A model generated the notes under the pieces. It was given only the letters and a program-made list of their open reading frames with translations. It ran no database searches and was not told the DNA's origin. Shown one piece after another: positions 10,362 to 20,645 of a stretch of DNA of 64,000 bases. Where the stretch lies: assembly GCA_965215565.1 (NCBI GenBank), contig CBDCDZ010000004.1:1376001-1440000 (forward strand), in the 5' to 3' direction. The DNA is from Trueperaceae bacterium (GTDB taxonomy: Bacteria > Deinococcota > Deinococci > Deinococcales > Trueperaceae). The position numbers and the translations under genes are program-made. Position 1 is the first letter of the stretch, and each line of letters begins with the position of its first letter.

Positions 10362-11474
10362 ATGACGCTTCATCTCTTAGGTTCACCCACAGTTCAAGCA
10401 GACGCGCAGCGCAGCGACGTGGCGCTCAATAAACCCTCTTGGCTGCTCTTTTACTTGGCGTACTACGGCGAGTGGATAAGCCGCGAGGAGTTGGCGTTCT
10501 TCTTTCGCCCGGAAGCGGACGAAGCCACGGCGCGGCGCTACGTGCGCAAACTCCTAAACGGCGCGAAGCAGCTCCCCTGGGCGGAGAACTTAGAGGTAGA
10601 GGCGGACAGGCTGCGCTTCGCCGTGGACACCGACGTGAGCCGCTTTCGCCAAGCGGTAGCGCAAGAACGCTGGTTCGAAGCGACGGAACTCTATAGCGGC
10701 GCGTTCTTGACCGGGCTCAGCGCGGCGAGTTCACCCAGTTACGATGCGTGGCTCAGCTTGGAGCGCGAAACTTTAGAAGAGCTTTGGAAAGACGCCTCGC
10801 TGCACTACGCAGCGGACTTGGAGAGTTCGGGGCAGCACCGCAAAGCGGCGAACGTCGCTAAAAGCCTCCTGGACGCCGACAGCTTCGCCGAGGACGCCTT
10901 GGGAAGCTTTTTGCGCAACGCTTATCTGAGCGGTCAGCGCGAGAGCGCCTTAGAGGTTGCGGCGCGCTTTTGCGAGGGCTTGGCGCGTGAGCTTGGCTTA
11001 GAACCTCTAGAGGAAACCGCTCAGCTCATCGAGAGCATTCGGCTCTCTAAAAGCCTCGAGAAACGTGAAGTGGCACGTTCTTACGGACGCCGCAGCACCG
11101 ACCGCGCCCTGCCGAGCGACCAAGAGACGCAACTACAAGAACTCACCCATTTGCTCGGCAGCGCTGACGCGAGGCTCCTCACCGTCGCGGGCACGGATGA
11201 TAGGGGCGACACGCTCCTCATCGCCAAGCGCGTCCCCGAAAGTAGCGTGGCGCTCTTCGCCATCGCCGAACTCGCCGAGCGCTTGACCCGCCAAGGGCAC
11301 GCGGAACGCGCTCTGGAATTGCTCGTTCTAGTCTTGCGTCACCCCGCGTGCGACGCGCGCGCGCGGCAGAAAGCTGCCGGGCTGTGGACGCGCTTAGAGC
11401 CCAACTTACCGAGCGAACTCGCCCAGAGCGTGAAGGAACGTTGGCGCGAGACGCCGCTGGCGAACGCGGCGTAG
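10362..11474 (+). CDS. BTAD/SARP-like transcriptional activator
   Basis: LHLLGSP start, REELAFFF, DVSRF, LYSGAFL and LARELGLEP BTAD motifs; ATG 10362 chosen. Confidence 0.8.
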   Translation: MTLHLLGSPTVQADAQRSDVALNKPSWLLFYLAYYGEWISREELAFFFRPEADEATARRYVRKLLNGAKQLPWAENLEVEADRLRFAVDTDVSRFRQAVAQERWFEATELYSGAFLTGLSAASSPSYDAWLSLERETLEELWKDASLHYAADLESSGQHRKAANVAKSLLDADSFAEDALGSFLRNAYLSGQRESALEVAARFCEGLARELGLEPLEETAQLIESIRLSKSLEKREVARSYGRRSTDRALPSDQETQLQELTHLLGSADARLLTVAGTDDRGDTLLIAKRVPESSVALFAIAELAERLTRQGHAERALELLVLVLRHPACDARARQKAAGLWTRLEPNLPSELAQSVKERWRETPLANAA

Positions 11475-11510
11475 ACCGACGCGCTCCCCCAAGACTGTTA
11501 CACTCACCTC

Positions 11511-11984
11511 ATGGCAAGCGCAAATTCTGCAACCCAAACCAAGAAGCAAGTCCGCATCTTCACCGACGGCTCGTGCGATACAGGCTCCAGAGAGGGCGGC
11601 TGGGGCTATTTGCTCGTCTACGGTGACGCGAGGAAGACTGCTTCAGGATACGAAGCGGATACAACGAACAACCGCATGGAACTCTCCGCTGCGGTCAAGG
11701 CACTAGAGGCGCTGAAAGAGCCCTGCGAAGTGACTTTAGTGACGGACTCACAGTACCTCAAAAAGGCGTTCACGGCGGGCTGGCTAGAGAACTGGCAGCG
11801 CAACGGCTGGCGCACGGCGAGCAAGCAACCCGTCAAAAATAAGGACTTGTGGCTCGAGCTTTTAGACCTTGCCAAGACGCACACGCTCCACTGGGAGTGG
11901 ACGAAAGGACACGCGGGGCACGCGGAGAACGAACTCGTGGATAAGCTCGCCTTAAACGCGAGGAGGACGAGAGGAAGAGGTTAG
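11511..11984 (+). CDS. rnhA: Ribonuclease HI
   Basis: FTDGSC, TTNNRMEL, TDSQY, VKNKDLW, KGHAGHAENELVD. Confidence 0.97.
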   Translation: MASANSATQTKKQVRIFTDGSCDTGSREGGWGYLLVYGDARKTASGYEADTTNNRMELSAAVKALEALKEPCEVTLVTDSQYLKKAFTAGWLENWQRNGWRTASKQPVKNKDLWLELLDLAKTHTLHWEWTKGHAGHAENELVDKLALNARRTRGRG

Positions 11985-12017
11985 GGGCGCGCCCAAAGCG
12001 TCAGTTAAGAACTCTGC

Positions 12018-13124
12018 TCAACGTTCTAAAACGCTCAAGTTCTCCATGAATTTTACGAGCGCCTGATAGCCCGTTACTAAGGATTCGGTCTCCAACCACT
12101 CGCTCAAACGGTGCGCGTCGCCGCCCCGGTACACGCCGAAGGCAACCGCGGGCAGCCCCGCCGCCATCGCCGCGTTCGCGTCTGTGCTGCTCGCCGCTAA
12201 ACGGGTGCGCACATTCACCGCGCTGAGCGCGTCTCTAGCAGCTCTGACAAGCGGCTCATTCGCGACGTTCGCGGCGGGTCTGTCGCCGACGATTTTGGTC
12301 TCGAACGCTACGCTATGTTTCTTCGCGGTTCTGGCGATGCGCTTTAAGGCGTCTTGCTCGAGTCGCTCCAATACGTCCTTATCTTTGCTGCGCAGGTCGA
12401 GGTTGAAACCCGCCTCCTGTGCAATCGCGTTGATGCTCGTGCCGCCCCATATCTGCCCGACATTGTATGAACTGCGCGGCTGTTCGCTTAGCGGGAGCTG
12501 ATTGAGTGCATGAACCGCGCTGCCCAGCGCGTGAACTGCGCTCGGGCTAGGAAAGTCGCCCCAGGAGTGCCCGCCCGCCGCCGAAAAACGCACCTCGTAG
12601 CGCTTCGAGCCCACCGAGCCGTTGATGAGCGCGCCCAAATGTCCGTCCAAAGCGATAACGAAGTCGAACTCGCCTGCACCCTCGTTCATGAGGTGACGCA
12701 TCCCATAGAGGTCACCTAAACCCTCTTCGCCCACAGTCGCGGCGACGGTTAAGCGGGGTCTCTGCTCGTGCTCTCCCCCCATAACCTGCTGCACAAAGCG
12801 TACTAAAACCGCTAAGCTCGCGCTGTTGTCACCGATGCCTGGAGCACTCAAGCGTCCGTTTTCTTCCCGCACACTCACATCTACGTCGGCGCTAAAGACC
12901 GTGTCGAGGTGCGCGGCGATCAGCACGCGCGGTCCCGTGCCACCTGGTAGCTGCGCAGTGACGTTACCGACTTCGTCCATCCGCGGGGAGAGACCCGTCT
13001 CTTCGAGAAGCTGTTCCAGCAACCTGCCTCGCTCCTCCTCTGCAAAGGTCGGCGCGGGCACCTCGCAAATGCGCCTGAGCAGCGAGACGATCTCCTCTAA
13101 GGTTGAAGACGCCGCTAGGGTCAC
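12018..13124 (-). CDS. M20/M25/M40 family metallo-hydrolase
   Basis: AHLDTV, GIGDN, GEEGLG, GHSW and STDAN motifs; GTG start overlaps the upstream stop. Confidence 0.88.
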   Translation of the reverse strand: MTLAASSTLEEIVSLLRRICEVPAPTFAEEERGRLLEQLLEETGLSPRMDEVGNVTAQLPGGTGPRVLIAAHLDTVFSADVDVSVREENGRLSAPGIGDNSASLAVLVRFVQQVMGGEHEQRPRLTVAATVGEEGLGDLYGMRHLMNEGAGEFDFVIALDGHLGALINGSVGSKRYEVRFSAAGGHSWGDFPSPSAVHALGSAVHALNQLPLSEQPRSSYNVGQIWGGTSINAIAQEAGFNLDLRSKDKDVLERLEQDALKRIARTAKKHSVAFETKIVGDRPAANVANEPLVRAARDALSAVNVRTRLAASSTDANAAMAAGLPAVAFGVYRGGDAHRLSEWLETESLVTGYQALVKFMENLSVLER

Positions 13125-13363
13125 GAGTCTAACCTTTGGGCGAAGGACTCGAGCCCCGCAAAAGGGCCTTTCGCGTCGGCAGGCAGCCAGCGGCAAAAAG
13201 AGGGTGCCCCCTCGGGGATGACGCGGTGCGGACACGCCGGGCATTCGGGAAAGGCGAGTTCGGTGTACGCCACCTCTCGCAAATCCGCCGGGACTTCTTT
13301 CACGCGCTCGCAACCCGCGACGAAGCGCTTTAGGTGGGGTGTATTTGGGCGTTTAGGGCTCAC
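13121..13363 (-). CDS. Small Cys-rich hypothetical protein
   Basis: 80 aa; 4-nt overlaps with both neighbours suggest translational coupling; CPACPH...C motif. Confidence 0.65.
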   Translation of the reverse strand: MSPKRPNTPHLKRFVAGCERVKEVPADLREVAYTELAFPECPACPHRVIPEGAPSFCRWLPADAKGPFAGLESFAQRLDS

Positions 13364-14028
13364 CCTTTACTCGCATTTAGGGTAGCGATGCCTTCACGCA
13401 GGGCGTAGAGCGCCGCCTGGGTACGGTTGTTAAGCCGCAGTTTGGAAAAGATTTCCGAGAGCCGGTTGCGCACAGTTTTTTCGCTGACGCCTAGCGCCTC
13501 GGCGATCTTTTGGTTCGAGTCGCCCTGCGCTAAAAGCCGCAAGATGGTGGCTTCGCGCTCCGTCAGTTCGGACATTGGGTGGGCAGGATGCGTGGGCAGC
13601 TCCTCTTTAACCTTTTTGAATTCGTCCAAGACGGACGCCGCCATCTCCGCGTTCAGGAGCGCTTCGCCCTCCGCCACGCGCCGAATCGCACCTATGAGGT
13701 CGTTTGCGTCAGCGTCTTTAAGCATGTAGCCGCGCGCGCCCGCCTTGATCGCCTCGAACACGTAACGGTCTTGGCGGTACATTGTGAGAATAATCACTTT
13801 CGTATCCGGGCGCTCCTCTAAGATCGTCTTCGTCGCCGCGACGCCGTCAAGCTCGGGCATCTGAATGTCCATCAACACGATGTCGGGGCGCGTATCCAAA
13901 GCGTAGCGCACCGCTTCGCGCCCGGTTGCCGCTTCGCCGATGATGCGAAAGTCCGGCTCGGTCTCTAAGATGCTCTTCAGCCCTTGGCGAAACATCGCGT
14001 GGTCGTCGCACAGCAGCAAGCGGGTCAT
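13360..14028 (-). CDS. NarL/LuxR family response regulator
   Basis: REC domain (CDDH, MDIQMP, LKD) plus LuxR HTH; TACGAT -10 box 6 nt before the ATG (leaderless). Confidence 0.95.
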   Translation of the reverse strand: MTRLLLCDDHAMFRQGLKSILETEPDFRIIGEAATGREAVRYALDTRPDIVLMDIQMPELDGVAATKTILEERPDTKVIILTMYRQDRYVFEAIKAGARGYMLKDADANDLIGAIRRVAEGEALLNAEMAASVLDEFKKVKEELPTHPAHPMSELTEREATILRLLAQGDSNQKIAEALGVSEKTVRNRLSEIFSKLRLNNRTQAALYALREGIATLNASKG

Positions 14029-14199
14029 GGAACAATCGTACCGCAAGTTTTGAACTCTCTTTGCGTAGCAGCGCGCAAAGAGAAGTGAATCAGTATCACT
14101 GCGCTCAGCTCGCGACTTTTGCGCAAAAACAGTTTCTTCCCTCGAGCTACGAAAAAGAGCCGGAGTATTCCTCCGACTCTCGCAAACTATTTAACCTCT

Positions 14200-14670
14200 T
14201 TACTCGTTGTCTGAACTAGTATCCGAACTACTGTCCGTATCGACGGTCTTGCTCTCGCGGTTCGTCGAGACCTCGATCTTGCGCGGCTTGGTGCTCTCCG
14301 AGCGGGGGACGAGCAGGTTCAAAACACCGTTTTCGTACGCCGCCTCGACTTTACCGAGGTCGAAGCTCGAGGGGATATTGAACGAGCGCGAAAACTCTCC
14401 CTTAGGACGCCCCTGGTAGTGGACGGTCTGCGACTCGGTGTGCTTGTAGTGGCGTGTCGCTTTCACATTCAGGCTGCTCTGCTCGGTGCTCACGTCCAGG
14501 CTGCCCTCGTCCACGTCGGGCAAATCCATGTAGATGTATAAGCCCTCTTCGTCTTCGACGACGTCCGTCGCGGGAGCCCAAGTGTTGACGGCACCTTCGC
14601 CCCGCGTAACGCGGTTCATACGGCGCTGCATGTCTTCTAGTTCTTGCCAAGGATTCCAAGATTGTAGCAT
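14200..14670 (-). CDS. Small heat shock protein (Hsp20/alpha-crystallin)
   Basis: WAPATDV, FSRSFNIP, AAYENGVL and KPRKIEV motifs; RBS GGAGGG. Confidence 0.93.
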   Translation of the reverse strand: MLQSWNPWQELEDMQRRMNRVTRGEGAVNTWAPATDVVEDEEGLYIYMDLPDVDEGSLDVSTEQSSLNVKATRHYKHTESQTVHYQGRPKGEFSRSFNIPSSFDLGKVEAAYENGVLNLLVPRSESTKPRKIEVSTNRESKTVDTDSSSDTSSDNE

Positions 14671-14696
14671 TATGCCCTCCTTCATTAGTTAAGATT

Positions 14697-14726
14697 ATTA
14701 TAAAACCTGAGTCTACACGTGTCAAG
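14697..14726 (-). promoter_or_regulatory. Sigma70 consensus promoter of hsp20 overlapped by a HAIR-like (HspR) operator
   Basis: Minus strand TTGACA-17 nt-TATAAT; CTTGACA-N7-ACTCAGG (14706-14726) resembles HAIR CTTGAGT-N7-ACTCAAG. Confidence 0.8.
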
Positions 14727-14853
14727 TATTCTGCTGATATACTTGCGGTTCGATCTTGAGCGGGTCCGGTATCCAAAGCAGTTTACAGAAGTACTGAATT
14801 GGAATAGCGCTTACGAAGTTTTGCCCCCGGCAAAAGCCTCAGTTCGAAGAACC

Positions 14854-14904
14854 ATCCCGCTCTCAGGCGAAGCCTAGCGGGACGGCTTCGCCTGAGAGCG
14901 GGAT
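14854..14904. repeat. Perfect 21-bp inverted repeat (hairpin/terminator or REP-like)
   Basis: ATCCCGCTCTCAGGCGAAGCC-N9-GGCTTCGCCTGAGAGCGGGAT followed by TTTATTT. Confidence 0.8.
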
Positions 14905-15071
14905 TTTATTTAAGAATCTGCGTGTTCGCTCAAGTTCTCTAACGTGAGACTGGCTCAAACCAAATGACACTTGCTATATCCCGTACAGCTTGACGCATGT
15001 GAAACGCGCTGACTAAGCGGCAGAGACCAAAAAAAGAGGAAGCCGTTGAGCTTCCCCGACGTTCGCCCGCG

Positions 15072-15416
15072 TTAGTGGGTGAAGTCATCGCCTAGCTCTG
15101 ACGCCGACGCCTCTATTGTTATTGTCACAGAGTCGGCGTGCGGCAGAGCTTTCATCTCCGCGGGAGGTGTTGGCTCCTCTTCGCCTCGAGCGAGACCGTA
15201 GACGAGCCAGAGCGGTAACACGTAAAGTGTTGCCAGAGCAAAGATGATGATGATGCGGAGATACTCAACCTGTTTTGATGTAAGGGCAAGCTGAGCTTTA
15301 TCTCCTTGTTTCTCGGCGGTCTCCTGAGCCTTTTCAAGCTCACTGCTTATCCCGATAATCGGAAGGCTTACCAGTAAGGAGAAGCCGAGTACAAAGATAC
15401 TTACAAGGTGTTTCAT
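15072..15416 (-). CDS. Hypothetical membrane protein
   Basis: 114-aa ORF with two hydrophobic segments. Confidence 0.55.
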   Translation of the reverse strand: MKHLVSIFVLGFSLLVSLPIIGISSELEKAQETAEKQGDKAQLALTSKQVEYLRIIIIFALATLYVLPLWLVYGLARGEEEPTPPAEMKALPHADSVTITIEASASELGDDFTH

Positions 15417-15600
15417 TGGGCTTGCGGCTCGAGCCGCTACAAAGGTTTACCGAGTCGAGTTTATCTCAAAACACTCAGTAAAGAACCTTCAAGCCTTTCT
15501 GAGTAATACGCCCGGTCTCTTCTCACATCCCGTCATTGAATTCACAACAGGTTGAATTCACAACAGACGGCGGCACCCGTGCGGACGTACGATACAGCTC

Positions 15601-16365
15601 ATGATTGAAGTCCAGAACCTCACCAAGCGCTACGGGCGCGTGCAAGCAGTGGGCGGCGTGTCCTTTACGGCGCGACCGGGCGAAGTGTTGGGGCTCCTGG
15701 GTCCGAACGGCGCGGGCAAGTCCACCACCATCAAGGCGATCACGGGGCTGATTCGTCCAACCTCGGGCGAGGTGCGCTTGGCAGGCTTCGACGTCGTTAA
15801 GCAGGCAGTGGCGGCAAAGGCGCACTTGGGCTATGTGCCAGACAGACCCTATTTGTATCTCAAGCTCACCGGGCGCGAACTGCTGCGCTTTCTGGGCAAG
15901 CTGCGCGGCGTCAAGGACACGGAGAAGAAAATTGAGGAATGGTTGGGGTTCTTCGGGCTGCAAGACTTCGGCAACGAACTCATCGAGGGCTACTCCCACG
16001 GGATGCGTCAGAAGCTCACCTTTGTTGGGGCTTTGCTGCACGAGCCGCGGGTACTCGTCATCGACGAGCCGATGGTGGGGCTTGACCCGAGAGCGGCGAA
16101 ACAGGTGCGCGAACTCATGAAGAACTACGCGGAGCGCGAAGACCGCACCGTCCTCCTCACGACGCATTCGATGGAAGTCGCTGAAGAGGTGGCGGACCGC
16201 GTGCTGCTCGTCCACAAGGGTCACATCGCGGCGGCGGGGACGCTGGACGAGTTGCGCCGAGGCGTAGGCGACGACGAGGCAGATTTGGAAGCTATCTTCT
16301 TGCAACTCACCGAGGAAGCCATTCATAACGAACAACGTTTACAACCCACCGAGAAAGCCGTGTGA
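15601..16365 (+). CDS. ABC transporter ATP-binding protein
   Basis: [22 protein letters not shown]. Confidence 0.95.
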   Translation: MIEVQNLTKRYGRVQAVGGVSFTARPGEVLGLLGPNGAGKSTTIKAITGLIRPTSGEVRLAGFDVVKQAVAAKAHLGYVPDRPYLYLKLTGRELLRFLGKLRGVKDTEKKIEEWLGFFGLQDFGNELIEGYSHGMRQKLTFVGALLHEPRVLVIDEPMVGLDPRAAKQVRELMKNYAEREDRTVLLTTHSMEVAEEVADRVLLVHKGHIAAAGTLDELRRGVGDDEADLEAIFLQLTEEAIHNEQRLQPTEKAV

Positions 16366-16372
16366 CCCTCTG

Positions 16373-18031
16373 ATGAACCTCTTTGTGGTGCGTCTAAGAG
16401 GCGCGTGGAACAGTGTCGCGCGCCGTCCTGCTGGCTACCTTTTCGGGCTCGCCCTCTTGAGCCTCGTCTACTGGGGCATGTTCAGCGTGACGCGGCGCGG
16501 CGTGCGTTTCGTCGATACCTTTTTACGCCTCGGCAACGGGGACATCGCCGACGCGGTTTTGCAGCGCAGCTTGGAAACGCTCTTTTTGATCCTCGTTTTG
16601 GGCGTGACCTTCAGCGTGCTGACCACGGCGGTGCACACGCTCTACAGTTCGGACGACCTGCCCTTCTTGCTCTCGTTGCCCATGCCTGCAAGCAGGGTAT
16701 TCACGCTCAAGGTGGCGGAGACGTACGTGTCGGCGGCGCTCTTGCCTGCGCTTTTTACGGTTCCTATCCTAGTCGGCTTAGGCGTCGAGCGAGGGGCGGG
16801 GGTCCTCTTCTATCCGGTGGCGCTCGCCGCCGTGCTCACGCTCTACGCGCTACCTGTCGCCCTCGGCTGTGCGCTCGCGCTCTTTCTGATGCGCGTCGCG
16901 CCGGCGGGACGGGTCAAAGAGATAGCGACGGGCTCGAGCGTCGTTTTAGCCGCCGCCTTTATCTTGGGTCTGCGCGCGCTTAGACCTGAGCAGCTTGCAG
17001 AGATGTCTTTAGAAGAATTGAGCGCTTTTTTAGCGCGCTTCGCGAGTTTCGAAATCGGCTGGCTGCCGACGAGTTGGACCTCAGAGGCGGTCTGGGGCGC
17101 GCTTCGCGGCGAGGTTACGCCTTCAGCGTTTGTGCTAGCGCTCACCTCTTTGCTCGCGCTCTGGTCCGTCGCGGCCCTCGCGGCGTTCGCCTACCGCGAG
17201 GGCTGGATACGCGCGCTGGACTCCGGCGCGCCCAAACTTGATCCGACGCCGCGCCCCGCCTCCTTGTTCGAGCGCACCCTGCACCGCTTCGGGCAAGCGG
17301 GCGCGGTGGTCGCTAAAGACACCAAGCTCCTCTTGCGCGACCCGACGCAGTGGTCCCAGCTTCTCGTGCTCGTCGCGCTGGCGGGCGTCTATCTAGTTAG
17401 CGTCAGCAGCTTGACCGTGGACGGGACGGACAGTCAGCGCTTCCGCGACGCGCTCGGCACGATGAACCTCCTCTTTATGGGCTTCTTGCTAGGCGGCGTC
17501 GGCGTCCGCATGACCTATCCGAGCGTGAGCTTAGAGGGCGAAGGCTTCTGGCTCCTCAAAACTGGACCGGTGCACGCGCGGCGCATCGTGATGAGCAAGT
17601 TTTGGTACGCGCTCCCGGCAATGCTCGCTCTAGGTGTGGGGTTAGGCGTCGCGGCGGCGCTCCTCCTGGACATGAGCCCGACGCTCGCCTGGGCGAGTCC
17701 GGTGGCGGGGCTCTGCGCGGCGCTCGCGGTAACGGGGCTAGGCGTCGGGCTCGGCGCAGCCTTTCCGCGCTTTAACGCCACGACGCCGAGCGAGATACCC
17801 ATGGCGGCGGGCGGGCTTCTCTACATGACGTTGTCGCTCGCGTTCACGCTGCTCATGACAGTCATCTTGGCGTACCCTGCCTGGCAGACGCTCAAGAATC
17901 CAAACCTCATGGTGTGGACGACGCCCGAAGGGTGGCTCGTGCTCGCGCTGCTCGCCCTCGCCACACTTTTCAGCACCGCACTACCTCTTCTCTACGGGAG
18001 TTACCGACTCTCGAGGTATGAGCCGGGCTAG
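16373..18031 (+). CDS. ABC exporter permease subunit
   Basis: Multi-TM; RDPTQWSQL and SLEGEGFWLL motifs; follows the ATPase. Confidence 0.85.
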   Translation: MNLFVVRLRGAWNSVARRPAGYLFGLALLSLVYWGMFSVTRRGVRFVDTFLRLGNGDIADAVLQRSLETLFLILVLGVTFSVLTTAVHTLYSSDDLPFLLSLPMPASRVFTLKVAETYVSAALLPALFTVPILVGLGVERGAGVLFYPVALAAVLTLYALPVALGCALALFLMRVAPAGRVKEIATGSSVVLAAAFILGLRALRPEQLAEMSLEELSAFLARFASFEIGWLPTSWTSEAVWGALRGEVTPSAFVLALTSLLALWSVAALAAFAYREGWIRALDSGAPKLDPTPRPASLFERTLHRFGQAGAVVAKDTKLLLRDPTQWSQLLVLVALAGVYLVSVSSLTVDGTDSQRFRDALGTMNLLFMGFLLGGVGVRMTYPSVSLEGEGFWLLKTGPVHARRIVMSKFWYALPAMLALGVGLGVAAALLLDMSPTLAWASPVAGLCAALAVTGLGVGLGAAFPRFNATTPSEIPMAAGGLLYMTLSLAFTLLMTVILAYPAWQTLKNPNLMVWTTPEGWLVLALLALATLFSTALPLLYGSYRLSRYEPG

Positions 18032-18300
18032 TCCTCGGTCATCCATATGACAGCAGTTCCACGCTTCGCTGCACCAAGTGAGGGCGTCTATTTCTTCAAG
18101 GCTTGCGTCCGACTTCGTGAACGCATCCGCTCGCACGTTCCATTGCTATAGCAATGAAACGTGGAAATGCTATGAGTTGAGGTCTCACATTAAGACTAGT
18201 GGACCACGCCGAAAAAACTACGGAAAGAGGTTGAGCAGTATAAGAATACCCCTTCGAATCTGAGTATATAGCGGCTCGCCCAGGTTGGCAGAAAAACAGC

Positions 18301-19356
18301 TCAACTGACTACCAAAGACTTCCCTCGCCGCTCCACAACCTCGCCAACCACCGCAGCTCTTGGAAAATTTGCTCTAACTGCCGCTAAAACCTCTTCGACC
18401 TCTTCGCGCGCTACGCTCAGCAGCAGCCCGCCGCTCGTCTGCGGGTCTACGAGTGTCCACCACTGCGTTTGAGTCAGAGATTCGCGCCCTTGCACGTGGG
18501 GCTCGACGTAGGTGGTGTTGCTCTTATGCGCTTTGGTGAGGATATTTTTCTCCAGCGTCTCTTCGGCGTGGTCTAAAAGAGGTATAGCGTCCGCATTTAT
18601 ATCGAGAGTGAGCCCCGAGCCCTGCGCGATGTGCAGCGCGTGACCGAGCACGCCGAAACCCGTGACGTCGGTGGCGGCGTGGACAGCGGCGTGCAGCTCT
18701 TCTGAAAGCTCGAGCTTGTTGAGCGTCTTCATCGACGCAATCGCTTCGCTGATCTGCTCGTAAGATAATTCATCGTTCTTCAGTGCCCCGGTGAGCGTGC
18801 CCGTCCCAACCGCTTTCGTCAAGATGAGCGCGTCGCCCATTTCGGCGCGGCGGTTCGCCCAGAGCTTAGCAGGTTGCGTCAAGCCCGTTACGCTAAAGCC
18901 CAACTTCAAGGTGTCGTCGTCAATCGAATGTCCGCCGACTAAGAGCGCCCCCGCCTCGTTGATCTTCTCAGTTGCGCCGGCCATCAACTCGCGCAAGACC
19001 TCTTGCGGCAACACGTCTAAGGGATACGCCAAGATGGTCAGCGCCGTCGCTGGCGTAGCGCCCATCGCAAACACGTCACTCAGCGCATTCGCCGCCGCCA
19101 CTGCGCCAAAGTCGTAAGGATCGTCCAAGATCGGCGTGAAGAAGTCGAGCGTTTGCACCATCACTTGGTTGTGACTCACTTGCCAGACGGCGGCGTCGTC
19201 TAAAAAGTCGGTGCCGACGAGCAGGTTGGGGTGCTCTTGCCGGGGGAGCGACTTGAGCAAATCCGAGAGCGTGCCCGCGGCAATCTTAGCGGCGCAGCCT
19301 CCCTTCTTGACAGTTTGCGTCAGTCGTATTGGTTGGCTAGTGATTGTGTTATCCAC
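18301..19356 (-). CDS. selD: Selenide, water dikinase (Cys-type)
   Basis: GGCAAK, DDAAV, QTLDFFTP, ANALSDVFAMG, DVTGFG, DPQTSGGLL. Confidence 0.96.
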   Translation of the reverse strand: MDNTITSQPIRLTQTVKKGGCAAKIAAGTLSDLLKSLPRQEHPNLLVGTDFLDDAAVWQVSHNQVMVQTLDFFTPILDDPYDFGAVAAANALSDVFAMGATPATALTILAYPLDVLPQEVLRELMAGATEKINEAGALLVGGHSIDDDTLKLGFSVTGLTQPAKLWANRRAEMGDALILTKAVGTGTLTGALKNDELSYEQISEAIASMKTLNKLELSEELHAAVHAATDVTGFGVLGHALHIAQGSGLTLDINADAIPLLDHAEETLEKNILTKAHKSNTTYVEPHVQGRESLTQTQWWTLVDPQTSGGLLLSVAREEVEEVLAAVRANFPRAAVVGEVVERRGKSLVVS

Positions 19357-20396
19357 GCTCTACACTCCTTACGGCTACCCTGAAAGATGACGGGTCGGTT
19401 CATGGCGCTAAGACCCTTGCGGTACAGAGGGTCGTAATATTCAGTTAAAAGCGGAGCTATCCAAGTGTGCGCGGCAGAGTCACGCCACACACCGCTTATA
19501 GAAACCTCCTCTAAAGTCTTCGCGCCGCGCTCCACCACGTCACTGCTGAGGCGCTTTCGCAGTTTTAAGAGGCTCTCTTGTAAATACGCCTTTGTCGTCT
19601 CTACACCGTGCATATCGCTTAGCGAGAGGACGTAGTCGCGGTGAATCTGCACCACGCGGCTCGTCACGGACTCTTCGACAAGGATAAGAGGTCCCTTCTC
19701 GATCTCCCTATAGATAGGCTCGGGCAGTTGCCGCTTGCCGATGTTGCGCGACTCATCCTCTAAGAGCAGCACACTCGCCGAACTGAGCAGCAGCCTCGTC
19801 GCGAGGCTATTCTCGAAAGTAGCCTGGGCACTCTGCGGCTCCAACATACTCCCGAACGCGCTACCCCGGTGCTTCGCCTCGCCCTCCAAGTCGAGCGCGA
19901 GCACGTCCGGTTGTCCGCTTAGCTCGTGCAAAAGCGCCGTCTTCCCCGAGCCCGTCATGCCGCCGATGACATAGGTTTCTTTTTTTGCTAAAGAAGTCCC
20001 CAATTCGCTCACGACATAACTGCGGAGCGCCTTGTACCCGCCGCGCACCCTCGGCACGTCTTCACGCCCGATAAACTGAGCCGCCAGCTTGCTGCGCATC
20101 CCGCCGCGCCAGCACATCACCGCTGTCGGCTCGGCGGCGCAGACCTCTCGCCACGCGCTAATGCGCTCCGCCATCACCGCGTCCGTCAGCTCATAGCCCA
20201 GCGCCACCGCCGCCTCTTGCCCCACTTGCTTGTAGCGAATCCCAACTTCGTGGCGCTCCTCGTCAGTGAGAATCGGCGCGTGAACCGAAAGGGGCATCGC
20301 GCCCCGCGCCACCTCGACACTCGCACGCACGTCTAAAAGACGAAACGCAGGCACACCAGCACCTGCGGGGTAAAGAGTATGAGGTTCGATAAGCAC
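19320..20396 (-). CDS. mnmH: tRNA 2-selenouridine synthase
   Basis: Rhodanese DVRA..E and CWRGGMRS, P-loop GMTGSGKT, HRGSAFG, EDES, YYDPLY; overlaps selD (gene also called selU). Confidence 0.93.
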   Translation of the reverse strand: MLIEPHTLYPAGAGVPAFRLLDVRASVEVARGAMPLSVHAPILTDEERHEVGIRYKQVGQEAAVALGYELTDAVMAERISAWREVCAAEPTAVMCWRGGMRSKLAAQFIGREDVPRVRGGYKALRSYVVSELGTSLAKKETYVIGGMTGSGKTALLHELSGQPDVLALDLEGEAKHRGSAFGSMLEPQSAQATFENSLATRLLLSSASVLLLEDESRNIGKRQLPEPIYREIEKGPLILVEESVTSRVVQIHRDYVLSLSDMHGVETTKAYLQESLLKLRKRLSSDVVERGAKTLEEVSISGVWRDSAAHTWIAPLLTEYYDPLYRKGLSAMNRPVIFQGSRKECRAWITQSLANQYD

Positions 20397-20420
20397 GTTT
20401 ATAGCTTACCAAGTAAAGAA

Positions 20421-20609
20421 GCGATGAGTTGAAAGCACAGGTCAGAGCGAAGCTCAAACAGGTTAGAGCAAAGCTCAGTAGGCTCTTACAGGTGAGCACA
20501 AAGTGCAACGGCTTTCAGCCTTAACCTGTGCCTTGACCTGTGCACTGTGTGCTTCACCTGACGAGCAATGAGTGAAAGGCTTTAGACTCATTGCTCGTTG
20601 CTCATTGCT
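20421..20609. repeat. Intergenic nested-palindrome repeat, copy 1
   Basis: Units CAGGT(C/T)AGAGC(G/A)AAGCTC, ACCTGTGC and GAGCAATGAGT...ACTCATTGCTC shared with 41946-42096 and 54502-54563. Confidence 0.8.
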
Positions 20610-20645
20610 TCTTAGAGATGATTTGCCACTCTGCGACTCTACACG

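Noticed and set aside
18051..18063. CAGCAGTTCCACG match to the 5' end of element copy B
   Set aside because: Only 13 nt, with none of the downstream conserved blocks
19280..19310. Selenocysteine codon in selD
   Set aside because: The active-site position is an ordinary Cys codon (GGCAAK); there is no in-frame TGA
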